DNA from: Octopus vulgaris
Taxonomy: Eukaryota
Direction: 5' to 3'
Assembly (NCBI GenBank): GCA_951406725.2
Contig: OX597820.1
Coordinates: 94,798,001-94,862,000 of the forward strand
Length of the DNA: 64,000 nucleotides
Program-made: the position numbers and the translations under genes
Notes under the pieces: generated by a model
The model's input: the letters and a program-made list of their open reading frames with translations, nothing else
What the model was told of the DNA's origin: nothing
The model's database searches: none
Shown here: one piece after another, positions 36,692-48,639 of the stretch
Layout of the letters: each line of letters starts with the position of its first letter
Position numbering within the stretch: position 1 is the first letter of the stretch

Positions 36692-37727
36692 CAGGGTGGA
36701 GAAGCAAAATTTACAATGAACGTTAAGTTATTTTTTCTCAGCAGACACTAAGTCAATTGTTTTGAAACGTAGCATATATTGATGTCCTAATCATACCTAA
36801 CACTATTATCCTTACCTTTTCAGAAACTTTTGCCCATATGAGTAATCAGGAAATCAAACATCAAAGAATGTGTGATTTGCTGAATGCACTCATCACACCA
36901 AAGGAAATTTCAAGAATAGTTGGAATGTCCATAAAGATTGTTTATAATGTAAAGTATAGAATGACTATGAGCAAAACTATTATGAGGAAGTCTGGAAGTG
37001 GAGGAATCAACAAAAAACGTACCAAAGCTTTTATCAAAGCTCTCAAATCCCAAATCCTAAAGGATTCACCCAAATCCATGAGAAAAATGGCAATTGAACT
37101 TGAGGTAGACAACAAGACCATTAGAAATGCAGTAAAATATTATTAGAGGTTAAAATCTTACACAAGAAAACCAAAACACTTGTTGACAATAGCTATGAAG
37201 GAAAAGAGATTGGAAAGGTGCAAGAAAATTATTACATGGTTCAAGAAAAAGTCCTCCATTGTAACGATCTTTTCAGATGAAAAGATCTTCAATGTCGATG
37301 CTGTTCTGAACTGCAGAAATGACAAATTTATCGCAAAATCGACAGCTGAGGTTAAGGAGACATTCAAAATAAAACATCCTGCTCAAGTTATGGCTTTTGG
37401 TGCTGTGGCTTCTGATGGAAAGAAAATGCCTATAAAATTCTACAAAGCTGATGAAAAGATCAATGTTAACACTTACTACAAGACTCTGAGATACCAGGTA
37501 TTGCCATGGCTTAAAGCAAACTACCCAGATGGTAATTATGTACGGACACAGGATGGTGCTCCAGCCCACACAACTAGAAAAATACAAGATTTCTGCAAAT
37601 CCAACTTTAGCAATTTTTTGGAATCATGTTTATGGCTGCCTTCTAGCCCAGATCTAAACACTCTGGATTCTGCCATTTGGGGCAGAACATCACACAGCAA
37701 TGTCTACTCTCTTAAAGATACTATATA
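36692..37727 (+). mobile_element. maT-type (DD37D) Tc1/mariner element, 3'-truncated, transposase interrupted by a stop
   Basis: Left end cagggtggagaagcaaaa. IFSDEKIF, QDGAPAH, SPDLNTLD, with 37 residues between the second and third Asp. TAG at 37144-37146. Confidence 0.9.
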
Positions 37728-38110
37728 TAGGCACAAGCGCGGCTGTGTGGTAAGAAGTTTGCATCACAAGCACATGGTTCCGAGTTCAGTCCCACTGCGT
37801 TGCACTTTGTGTAAGTGTCTTCTACTGTAGCCTCAAGCCGACTAAAGCCTTGTGAAGGTATTTGGTGGACGGAAACTGAAAGAAGCCTGTCGTATTTATC
37901 TATGTGTGTGTGTCCTTGTTTGTCCCACCACCACCGCTAGACAACCGGTGTTGGTGTGCTTACGTCCCCGTAACCAGCGGTTCAGTAAAAGAGATCGATA
38001 GAATAAGTACTAGGCTTTAAAAATAAGTCCCGTTGTCGATTTGACTAAAACCCTTGAAGGCGGTCCTCCAACATGGCTGCAATCAAATGACTGAAACAAG
38101 TAAAAGAATA
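37728..38110 (+). mobile_element. SINE family B
   Basis: ggcacaagcgcggctgtgtggtaag...tgactgaaacaagtaaaaga. Confidence 0.85.
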
Positions 38111-38411
38111 TATGGGAGGAGGGCAATTATGTGTGCGTGTGTGTGTGTATGTATATGCTTATGCGTGTGTATTCATAGAGTTAGTCTTTCTATGATTAAC
38201 TCATCGTTTCCCCTAAGATGAGAATCCTGTAAAAAAGTGAAGATTCCACGTATCCGTAGGCTCCTAACTTCTTTTGCAAAATTCAACAGTGACCTCTACC
38301 AAAAATAACCATTTGTACAAAGATGATATGTAAATCCTAAGAATACACACTACGAATAAATTATGGAACTCTACTTATTTTCTTTATTTTTCTACTTGGT
38401 ATACTAATATA

Positions 38412-38642
38412 TATTTCTTTACTACCCACAAGGGGCTAAACACAGAGGGGACAAACAAGGACAGACAAAGAGATTAAGTCGATTACATCGACCCAGTGCG
38501 TAACTGGTACTTAATTTATCGACCCCGAAAGGATGAAAGGCAAAGTCGACCTCGACGGAATTTGAACTCAGAACGTAACGTCAGACAAAATACGGCTACG
38601 CATTTCGCCCGGCGTGCTAACGTTTCTGCTAGCTCGCCGCCT
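38412..38642 (-). mobile_element. SINE family A, full length
   Basis: Matches 14145-14374. Flanked by tatactaatata repeats. Confidence 0.9.
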
Positions 38643-38949
38643 ATATACTAATATAATTTATATACTAATATAATTTATATATGCACGTCGGCGGTGTTAT
38701 TAATTTCAGCCATGATAGTGTTAGCGAAATTCCACAAGGTATAAGATATATTTTTAAAAATCTGGTCTGAATAATGCTACGTTGCTAAGTAAAAGGTATT
38801 TTCCTTACTTATAATGGGAGAAATAGACCAATCACTGAATTTAGGCTGAAGGAATCGGCATAAAAGTGGATGAAATTGTTCAAAAAGGAATATTAGCCAG
38901 CACGTCTGATGTTGACGGCATCATCTTGCATACACATTTGTATGTATGT

Positions 38950-39092
38950 ATGGATGGATGGATGGATGGATGGATGGATGGATGGATGGATGGATGGATG
39001 GATGAATGGATGGATGTATGTATGGATGGATGGATGGATGGATGGATGGATGGATGGATGGATGGATGGATGGATGGATGGATGGATGGATG
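38950..39092. repeat. (GGAT)n microsatellite
   Basis: Direct. Confidence 0.95.
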
Positions 39093-39231
39093 TTCTCAAT
39101 GGGAACATAAAATGAAGATGTGAAACGTGTGGCCGTGTACTCCTTTCTAAAACTGCGTATGTCGATCATCTGCAACGTCCTTCATCTTAGACCGGGTGAT
39201 CCTACGTGTGTAGTGAGTGAAAACCCCTCTG

Positions 39232-39345
39232 ATGGTCGCACCTTGTCGTGGTGGAGGAGCTTACGTGGACCAAAGACTCTGAGAGTGATATCATCGGGAG
39301 TTCTAGACTCTGTGTAGGGCCAGGACATATAGCAAGAAAGGAAGA
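39232..39345 (+). mobile_element. Isolated 5' end of an RTE-clade (Rex3/Expander-like) LINE
   Basis: caccttgtcgtggtggaggagcttacgtg resembles the conserved RTE 5'-terminal motif (recalled similarity). Confidence 0.5.
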
Positions 39346-39955
39346 GTCAAGCTAAATTCTCGGATACGGGATAAAGCTGCCGGCGACGACGACGACGAGT
39401 GTGTGAAAGAGCTTGCAAGTCGATTTCGGATCTGAAGAGATATGTAGTGATATATAGCGCGTGTGTGTGTGTATGTGTGTTTGTGTGTGTATGTATGTGT
39501 GTCTGTGTGTGTATGTGTTGTATGTGTGTACAAGCGACTTCGAAGTTTTCTTTATACACTCAATAAATTCATCCATAAAATTGATGTTTATATGTCGCGA
39601 AAATACACTCTTGAACCATACCTACCAAAAAAATCACTACGACCTACTCAAACGACGAACTAAAACCTTATAAATACAAATGCCTGAAAGCCGAAAAAAG
39701 AAAATACTTTATTGCCTGACGAACCCAAGAGGCGGCAAAACTTTGTATCAATCTTTCCTTGTAAAAATTAATTTGACACTCTTCATCAGGGACGATGAAG
39801 CAGACTGCGTGAGATATGACTCATCACCATGCAAATCACACGGCTAAAAACATTTAAAGAAATTCTTCATCGGGCATGCTATTCAGAAAATATCGCGGGC
39901 CGCAGTTTGCCCGTGACAGCTCTACAAAAATATATTGAGGACTCCGTTAATTTAT

Positions 39956-40186
39956 TGTTTCTTTACCGCTAACAAGGGACTATATACAGAGGGAACAAAG
40001 AAGGACAGACAAACGGATTAAGTCGATTATATCGACCCAGTGCGTAACTGGTACTTGTTTAATCGACCCCGAAAGGATGAAAGGCAAAGTCGACCTCGGC
40101 GGAATTTGAACTCAGAACATAGCGGCAGACGAAATACCTCTAAGCATTTCGCCCGGCGTGCTAACGTTTCTGCCAGCTCGCCGCCT
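39956..40186 (-). mobile_element. SINE family A, full length with 15-bp TSD
   Basis: TSD actccgttaatttat at 39941-39955 and 40192-40206. Confidence 0.92.
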
Positions 40187-40224
40187 TTTTAACTCCGTTA
40201 ATTTATGTTTCTTTCGTTTCTTTT

Positions 40225-40421
40225 ATTTTTCTTTCTTTTACTTGTTTCAGTCATTTGACTGCGGCCATGCTGGAGCACCGCCTTTAATCGAGCAACTCGA
40301 TCCCGGGACTTATTCTTTGTAAGCCCAGTACTTATTCTATCGGTCTCTTTTTGCCGAACCGCTAAGTGACGGGGACATAAACACACCAGCATCGGGGACA
40401 AACACAGGCACACAAACACAG

Positions 40422-40464
<43 letters not shown>

Positions 40465-40630
40465 TACGACGGGCTTCTTTCAGTTTCCGTCTATCAAATC
40501 CACTTACAAGGCTTTGGTCGACCCGGGGCTATAGTAGAAGACATTTGCCCAAGGTGCCACGCAGTGGGACTGAACCTGGAACCATGTGGTTGGGAAGCAA
40601 GCTACTTACCATACAGCCACTCCTGCGCCT
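40225..40630 (-). mobile_element. SINE family B
   Basis: Reverse complement of the family B consensus with internal (TA)n. Confidence 0.9.
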
Positions 40631-41784
40631 GTTAGATTATTTTTATCCACAACTACCCATAAAATACACATACATACAAACACACGTGTGTGTAGGTGTG
40701 TGGGGTTATTTCCCTTTTTGGATTCCTGCCTCATTCTCAATACCCTTATTCTTAATAACAATAACGCTGTTAGTCAGCCATAATTTACTGTCTCAACAGA
40801 TTCTGAAATCTTACTGTTTGCCATGCCTTTTACTCAGCAAATATCCCACCAGTTAAAAATTACTGCGGATTTATACAATTAGTGAACGACATTGATATCT
40901 ATTCAGGAAAATAACAAGAAAATAATAAATTGGCAAGTCAAAGAACATCGTTTTCTGTAGTCAGAACACATTAAATCGGATTTGTTCTAATGCCAATTAT
41001 GTCAGTGTGTGTGTGTGTGTGTGTGTGTTGTTGTTGTTGTTGTTGCTGCTGCTGCAGTTTCTGTTGTTGTTTGTTCCTGTTTATTCTTAGGTCAATCCTA
41101 ATCCAGTAGCCCTATGAGCAAATGAGTTCAAGCTGTGACCATTCCGCCTCCTTCCTTCAAATATTTTTTCATATGGTTCTACATTAATCAATGTATTTGT
41201 GTCGATCCATTTTAAAGACAACAAAACATGATTTGTGCGAGATTTGACTAATATTTCTAGCATGTTGACTACATAGACTCCCATTCGTTAGTTCTTATTG
41301 ATTGTTATTAATCTCTCTGCACAGAAGCACCTCTCTATAGTGCTTGCACGCTGTCAGACAGTTTATAATATATATATGTGTGTACTGGGACATGTATGTT
41401 TTTACGAACTTCACAGGCAATAAATAAGTAGTTGATGATTTAAATTCAGTGTTCGTTCGAAGAGATCGATGGAAATATTGAGTTTAAACATGAACTCGCT
41501 ATTGTTTATTATTTTGTCAAGTGAAGATTTATAAGCACTTCATAATGTAACAGCTGCCACTTTTCTCACCCACAACAAAGAAATAAAGAAATTAGTATGA
41601 AATAAGTAACAACTTGTATGCCGTCGTTTAAATAAGGTGGTATTGTATCGAACGCTGTGAACTGTTACGTTAGTGTAAAAACTGTAATTATTCTAATTAA
41701 CTATGGATGCATAAGTACACCAATTTATGCAGTATATCATGATGGAGAGGCACAATGTTTGCATAACAAAACAATAGCTAAGGA

Positions 41785-42168
41785 AGTGTGGTAAGTAGCT
41801 TGCTAACTAACCACATGGTTCCGGGTTCAGTCCCACTGCGTGGCATCTTGGGCAAATGTCTTCTGCTATAGCCCCGGGCCGACCAATGCCTTGTGAGTGG
41901 ATTTGGTAGACGGAAACTGAAAGAAGCCTGTCGTATATATGTATATATATGTTCGTGTGTCTGTGTTTGTCCCCGCCAACATTGCTTGACAACCGATGCT
42001 GGTGTGTTTACGTCCCCGTCACTTAGCGGTTCGGCAAAAGAGACCGATAGAATAAGTACTGGGCTTACAAAGAATAAGTCCCGGGGTCGAATTGCTCGAC
42101 TAAAGGCGGTGCTCCAGCATGGCCGCAGTCAAATGACTGAAACAAGTAAAAGAGTAAAAGAGTAAAGA
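41785..42168 (+). mobile_element. SINE family B
   Basis: gtgtggtaagtagcttgcta...aaatgactgaaacaagtaaaagagtaaaagag. Confidence 0.9.
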
Positions 42169-42844
42169 GTATATTTGATACGGGGCTAAACGAAAAATAA
42201 ATTAATTTATTAAAATTACCATTGTGACGAAGCGATAAAAAGATCGTCAGGAAAAACGATGACAACTTTCAAAATTTCAATTGGTTAAAATTAGAATTAC
42301 CTATGACAAACGTTTAATCCGATCTTAAGCATGTACAGTGGCAATTCCGGGAATGTTTCGTGGAATTAATAAAGAACTTGAACCTCTGATATATGAAGTT
42401 TGCTATGTGCCGGATGATTTCCATTGTACTTTATTCCAGTTACTAAGTATCGTCTTGTCGTATTGTCTAGTCATAGGGTGTTATATCATCTACATCTCAA
42501 CTTACGGATATTTTCATTAGGTTCTGCTAGAGTCACCAATCCTAGCATACTATGAAGAGTTTGGTTTCGCCTCCTACAATACCGACACGGCCAAAATACA
42601 GTGTGCAAATATCTTAGAATGATCACAGATAGAATGCTTTTGATCGCAGGTCTGCTCAAACAGGGCTGACCTGAGGTTGATCTACTGCAACAGCAGTTCT
42701 TGTGGGCTCCCATTCAAACTGTTTTATTGGTGAATGAGCACTGAACTACTGACTTAATCTCATTTAGATAGTTGTGTACTGACTCAAACTGTTTCAACAA
42801 ATATTTTTCTTGATATATAAATTGAAAATAAACTAAATTTCGCC

Positions 42845-43520
42845 GAACTTCTGCAGTTTGCTCACGAACATCAATATCACTAACATATCAATTACAGCAA
42901 ACATGATCGCCTGCGGTCTTCTCACTAATATAAATTATAATAGTGATTGATCTTCGGCAATTTGTTCACTAATATCAGTTATACCAGTTGTTGATCATTT
43001 GCAGTCTGCCTACTAATATCAGTTGCAACCGCTATTGAACTTCTGAAGTTCGCTCACTATTATCAGTCACACCAGCAGTTAATCTTATGTAATCTTATGT
43101 TCACTAATACTAGATACAACAGAAATTGATCTTCTCTAGTCTACTTACTAATATCAATTGCAAAAGGGGTCGATCCTCTCCTGCAATTTGCTTACTAATA
43201 TAATTTACAACAGAGGTTGATTTTCTGAAGTCTGCTCACTAATCATGATTGATTTTCTTCTACAGCTTGCTCACTAATATCAGTTACCCCAACGGTTGAT
43301 CTTCTCTAACCTGCTCAGTAATATCAGCAACACCAGAGGTTGATCTCCCACACTCCGCTCACCAATATCATTTACAACAGAAGTTGATCTTCTGCAACCT
43401 ATTCACTAATATTTATTACAATAGAAGTTGATCTTCTCCGGCAATCTATTTATTAATATCAGTTACAACAGAGATTGATCATCTGCAGTTTTCTCTCTTT
43501 AGTATCAGTTACACCAGGAG
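42845..43520. repeat. Degenerate minisatellite, ~40-42 bp unit, ~16 copies
   Basis: Consensus-like ttgatcttctgcagtctgctcactaatatcagttacaacagagg recurs throughout. Confidence 0.85.
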
Positions 43521-44305
43521 CTGAAAATAATTGAGAATTTTAAAAAGTTCGTCAAAACATAATCCATACAAAATGCCTCACCGTACCATAATTAATACAT
43601 CTTTTATTAGTAGCAAAAGAGAGGGAAGGAAGAATGATGAGATTATAGGGTCGATACCTTGTGGATTTTAATTAAATCTCTTTACGTTCTGGGCTAGCTT
43701 GAGGTCTGCTTTGTCACTTATCATTTTGGGGTTGATAAAATAAAGCACTGATCAAATACTGGCATCAAAATAATTGACTCTGTCCCATCTCATGTACCTA
43801 AGCCAGAAATCCTTACCACTTTGAATGAGACTGAATGAGAAAAGAGGACATAGTCGGTAGATCAGCCCACAAAATGCTTCGTGGTAATTACATCTCTAGG
43901 TTCTGAATTCAAAACTTCCTGCAACTTACTATGATCTCTTCGGAGTTAATAAAATAAAGCATCAGTCAGAAAGTGGTGTACATTTAATCTAAGTTTCTCC
44001 TTTTTAAGATTTGTGACTTTGAGCCTCTTTTATAAATCGCTACTTGACAATTTCCATTATATTTTGAGTTCAGATCCCGCGGTGGTAGAATTTTATTCTT
44101 CCAGGATTGATAAAAATTAAGTACATATCCAAAACCGTATGAGACATTATAGCCGTGATACAACAGACTAGCATATAACACGCTTACAAGAGTTGCTTCA
44201 AACCTCCCGACCTTTTGTAGAAAATATTGCGACAATTCTCATTGATAATTACTTTTAAAGTGGTAATAAACGCAATTATCACCTCTTGCTTTTAAATTGG
44301 TAATG

Positions 44306-44598
44306 GGAAGCACTCCGTCGGTTACTACGATGAGGGTTCCGGTTGATCCGAATCAACCGTGAAATTAACGTGTAAGTTACAGACACGTGTACCCTTAACG
44401 TAGTTCTCGGGGATATTCAGCGTGACACAGAGAGTGACAAGGCCGGCCCTTTGTACAACAGAGACAGGAAGTAAGAGTGAGAGAAAGCCTCGTGGAGCTT
44501 TAGGTGTTTTCGCTCAATAAACACTCACAACGCCCGGTATGGGAATCGAAACCGCGATCCTATGACCGCTGCCCTAACCACTGGGCCATTGTGCCTAC
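44306..44598 (-). mobile_element. SINE family C copy with five internal deletions
   Basis: Aligns to the reverse complement of 44911-45295 but is ~90 bp shorter. Confidence 0.9.
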
Positions 44599-44910
44599 AT
44601 GTAATTAAAACCTCTTACTTGATAAATATATTTTATGATACTAAATGAGTGTAAGTTCCTCAGTACAATTATGCAATACCTATTAAAATATAAATTATGT
44701 TTTAATGGAAAACTCACACAGTGAAATATAATTGTAGGCTATAATGTCGTTAACGGATAGAAGAAATTGCAAGTATTTTATCAGTACCGCACCTAAATAT
44801 TAGCACTGCACCCTTCTAAGCATATATGTAGTTTTGTATGTGGGAGTGTGTGCGCATGTGTGTGTATATATGTAACAGTGCGTATGTGGATACATAAGTA
44901 TATATGTATT

Positions 44911-45295
44911 GTGGAGGCGCAATGGCCCAGTGGTTAGGGCAGCGGACTCGCGGTCATAGGATCGCGGTTTCGATTCCCAGACCGGGCGTTGTGAGTGTTT
45001 TATTGAGCGAAAACACCTAAAGCTCCACGAGGCTCCGGCAGGGATGGTGGTGATCCCTGCTGTACTCTTTCACCACAACTTTCTTTCACTTTTACTTCCT
45101 GTTTATGTTGTACCTGTATTTCAAAGGGCCGGCCTTGTCACTCTCTGTGTCACGCTGAATATCCCCGAGAACTACGTTAAGGGTACACGTGTCTGTGGAG
45201 TGCTCAGCTACTTACACGTTAATTTCACGAGCAGGTTGTTCCGTTGATCGGATCAACCGGAACCCTCGTCGTCGTAACCGACGGAGTGCTTCCAT
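44911..45295 (+). mobile_element. SINE family C, full length
   Basis: gtggaggcgcaatggcccagtggttagggcagcgg...gtaaccgacggagtgcttcca. Confidence 0.92.
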
Positions 45296-45304
45296 TCCAT
45301 ATAC

Positions 45305-45348
<44 letters not shown>

Positions 45349-46095
45349 AGATACATACATATACATGCATATGTATATAGGACACATAAACTCATCTATA
45401 TATACATAAGCATATATAAGGGTGTGTCAATTTTAATGACTTACTAAAAATCTAATTTATTAGTGGAGTTATTGTGCCTTTTTACACCCAGAGATATATA
45501 AACCAAAATGGGTTAAAATAACTCTAACCTACATCAATTTTATCCTAAATTTTCAATATGGTGTTGTTTTCGAACAGTAACTGAAAATTTACATTAAAAA
45601 CTGATTAGACTCAAAATATCGCTCTTATATTATCTTTTAATTGGTTAACTGAACCTTATATTATCTTTTAATTGATTAAACGAATTGGTTAGATGAATTT
45701 TTACTCTTTTCAGATATTTACAAGATGTCAACGCTGAAGACTAGAGGCCAGATATCATCCCACTTGAGCCTGTTAATTGGCACAGGAAAAGCGCTTCCTT
45801 TTTCCGAGTTTTCAACAATGAGAGACATTTTAAGACTTGGGTTACTACCTCGGGAGCAAAATTCCAAGAGCAGAAGGAACTATACAGAATGAACTATATG
45901 CGAATGAACGATGCAGGAACTTATGGATATTGGTATTTTGATGTGTGCAGGGTGTGAAGGGATACACTTTAAAGTGTAAAAGGATGTATGTATGTATGTA
46001 TGTATATAGATGTGTGTGTGTGTGTATAAATATATATATATATAAGACCAAAAGGGTACGGGCGTCGCTATATATATATATATATATATATATAT

Positions 46096-46490
46096 GTTTC
46101 TTTATTGCCCATAAGGGGCTAAACACAGAGGGACAAACAAGGACAGACAAACGGATCAAGTCGATTACATCGACCCCAGTGCGTAACTGGTACTTAATTT
46201 ATCGACCCCGAAAGGATGAAAGGCAAAGTCGACCTCGGCGGAATTTGAACTCAGAACATAACGGTAGACGAAATACGGCTACGCATTTCGCCCGGCGTGC
46301 TAACGTTTCTGCCAGCTCGCCGCCTATATATACTCTTTACTCTTTTACTCTTTTACTTGTTTCAGTCATTTGACTGCGGCCATGCTGGAGCACCGCCTTT
46401 AATCGAGCTACTCGACCCCGGGACTTATTCTTTGTAAACCCAGTACTTATTCTATCGGTCTCTTATGCCGAACCGCTAAGTAACGGTTAT
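46096..46490 (-). mobile_element. SINE family A (46096-46325) abutting the 3' part of a family B SINE (46335-46490)
   Basis: Matches other copies in the window. Confidence 0.88.
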
Positions 46491-46496
46491 ATATGT

Positions 46497-46926
46497 AAAA
46501 AAAAATACAAACTGGGACAAGAACGCAAAACATTTAGTAGACGATACAAGAAACACGGACGGGACATTCGAAGCCTTCGATCTTCAGTCAAGAACCGGAT
46601 CATCCTCGCAATTTCGGCTGAAATTATTATCATTATTATTATCATTATTGTTTTTCGTATTTTCGTATTTTCGTATTCTTATTCGTGTAACATCGTCCGT
46701 TTTTCCGTCCTTGTTTTGTATACATTCGAGGCTTTCTTCCAAGGAATCTAATGCGCTTGGCTTAGATTTTCCTTTGGGGCTGGCCAGATCGGAGCAATCT
46801 CAAGATTAATCAGCCGAAATTGGGAGGATGATTCGGTTCTTGACTGAAGATCGAAAGCTTCGAATGTCCCGTCCGTGTTTCTTGTATCGTCTTCTAAATG
46901 TTTTGCGTTCTTGTCCCAGTTTGTAT

Positions 46927-46932
<6 letters not shown>
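46497..46932. mobile_element. Inverted-repeat element (~123-bp arms), probably a non-autonomous PLE with inverted pseudo-LTR
   Basis: 46497-46621 is the reverse complement of 46810-46932. Related sequence at ~62700-62815 (minus). PLE identity is inferred. Confidence 0.6.
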
Positions 46933-47005
<73 letters not shown>

Positions 47006-47012
47006 TATTTAT

Positions 47013-47083
<71 letters not shown>

Positions 47084-47400
47084 TGTGTGTTTGTGTGTGT
47101 TGCTAGGGCTAGTTGGCATAAAACTGGCGAAGCTTCCTCTAGCCAGCTGACTTGAAACAACCACAAGGCGAACTGACAAAGAAGTTATTCAAAGTCCAAC
47201 TGAAGAACAGCTTCTTCAAGGCGAGAAACAGTGAAGAGTGGAAGGTACTACTACTTACAATCTGCTTTGAATCTCACTATTGGAGAGGGGGTTGAAGATG
47301 CGGAAAAGAATCAACTCAGCTTTACCAAGAGACGCGATAAAAGAAGCATACACACTGATTAATACCAAAACTTGCCCCACCATCCGCTCAATCAAAATTA

Positions 47401-47967
47401 TTGGGTTGTCCGGAAAGTTCGTGCCGATTTATAGTAGCTTACCTTTCGACTTATTTTAGAACATGGTTGAGTCCATAAAATAGGTTTTGACTACACCTCC
47501 ATTTAGAGCACAGTTTAAGCTATCTTTTCATGGAAGAAGGTTTATGCTCCTATAACCTGTGTTAATTCTGTAACCCTTTAAAATGGAAGATAAGAAAGTT
47601 CATTTTCGGTACTTGATGCTTTGGGAACCAGACAAAAATTGCTGCAGCTCAGCTGTGATGTGTCACCCCACCCTCCATATTCACCAGATATTACTCCTTC
47701 GGATTTCCACTTATTTGAGGTCTCTGCAGAATAGTCTTAATGGTAAAAATTTCAATTCCTTAGATGCCGTAAAAAGATATCTTGATGAATTCTTTGCCAT
47801 AAAACCATTTTAATTCTGGGAAGCGGGTATTTTCGAGTTAAAGGAAAGATGGAGACGCATTGTGCAACAAAATGGTTCATATTTGGTTGATTAAAAATGT
47901 AATGGCAAGTATTTATTGACCCTTTCCTTTCCTTTAAAAATCAGCACGAACTTTCCGGACAACCCAA
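47401..47967 (+). mobile_element. Mariner internal-deletion derivative (567 bp)
   Basis: TA-ttgggttgtccggaaagttcgtgc ... gcacgaactttccggacaacccaa-TA. Remnants MEDKKVHFRYLML, PYSPDITPSDFHL and RSLQNSLNGKNF. Confidence 0.92.
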
Positions 47968-48233
47968 TAATTTGTCCGTCAGCGTGAACGAAGCTGTATA
48001 TGAAAAGTTGGAATATATTTTCGTGAAAAGATCCACAAATCTAGAAAAATGGTAAACATCAAATTCGTATGCATGCGTATGCGTGCGTATTTGTGCGAAT
48101 GAAATCGCTGTAAAATTCTAACATTAGAGAGCATGCGTCGAAGGAATTAAATTCATTTTAAATAGACCAAAAGCATTCCACTACGCTTATTCGGTGGATA
48201 ATCTGTCCTACCTTGCAGCCGGATGCAATTGTA

Positions 48234-48459
48234 TTGGGCTGTCCGGAAAGTTCGTGCTGATTTTATAGTAGCTTGCCTTTCGACTTACCCTCCCGGGCAC
48301 CTCAATTCTGAGAAGAAGGTATTTTCGAGTTAAAGGAAAGATGGAGACGTATCGTGCAACAAAATGGTTCATATTTGGTTGATTAAATATGTAATGGCAA
48401 GTATTTATTGACCTTTTTCTTTCCTTTAAAAATCAGCACAAACTTTCCGGACAACCCAA
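48234..48459 (+). mobile_element. Shorter MITE (226 bp) of the same mariner family
   Basis: Same TIRs and TA flanks. Shares the 3' ~140 bp with 47401-47967. Confidence 0.9.
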
Positions 48460-48639
48460 TACATGCACACACGCACTCACATAAACATACGCGTGCACAC
48501 CCGCACATCCAGCAACAATGCATACAAGCGTAGAGAAAAAGAAAGACATGAAGTAGAGTTTATAGGGGAGCAGGAGATAGGAAAGAAGAGACAGTAAGAT
48601 AAAATTCAATGTCCTGCGATAGGCTGATAATGGTAAGCA

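Noticed and set aside
35381-37830. Active transposase or SETMAR-like host gene
   Set aside because: Stops, frameshifts, a lost catalytic Asp and no SET domain; these are dead transposon copies.
42845-43520. Possible CRISPR-like repeat-spacer array
   Set aside because: Eukaryotic context, no cas genes, and the whole unit is homologous rather than constant repeat plus unique spacer.
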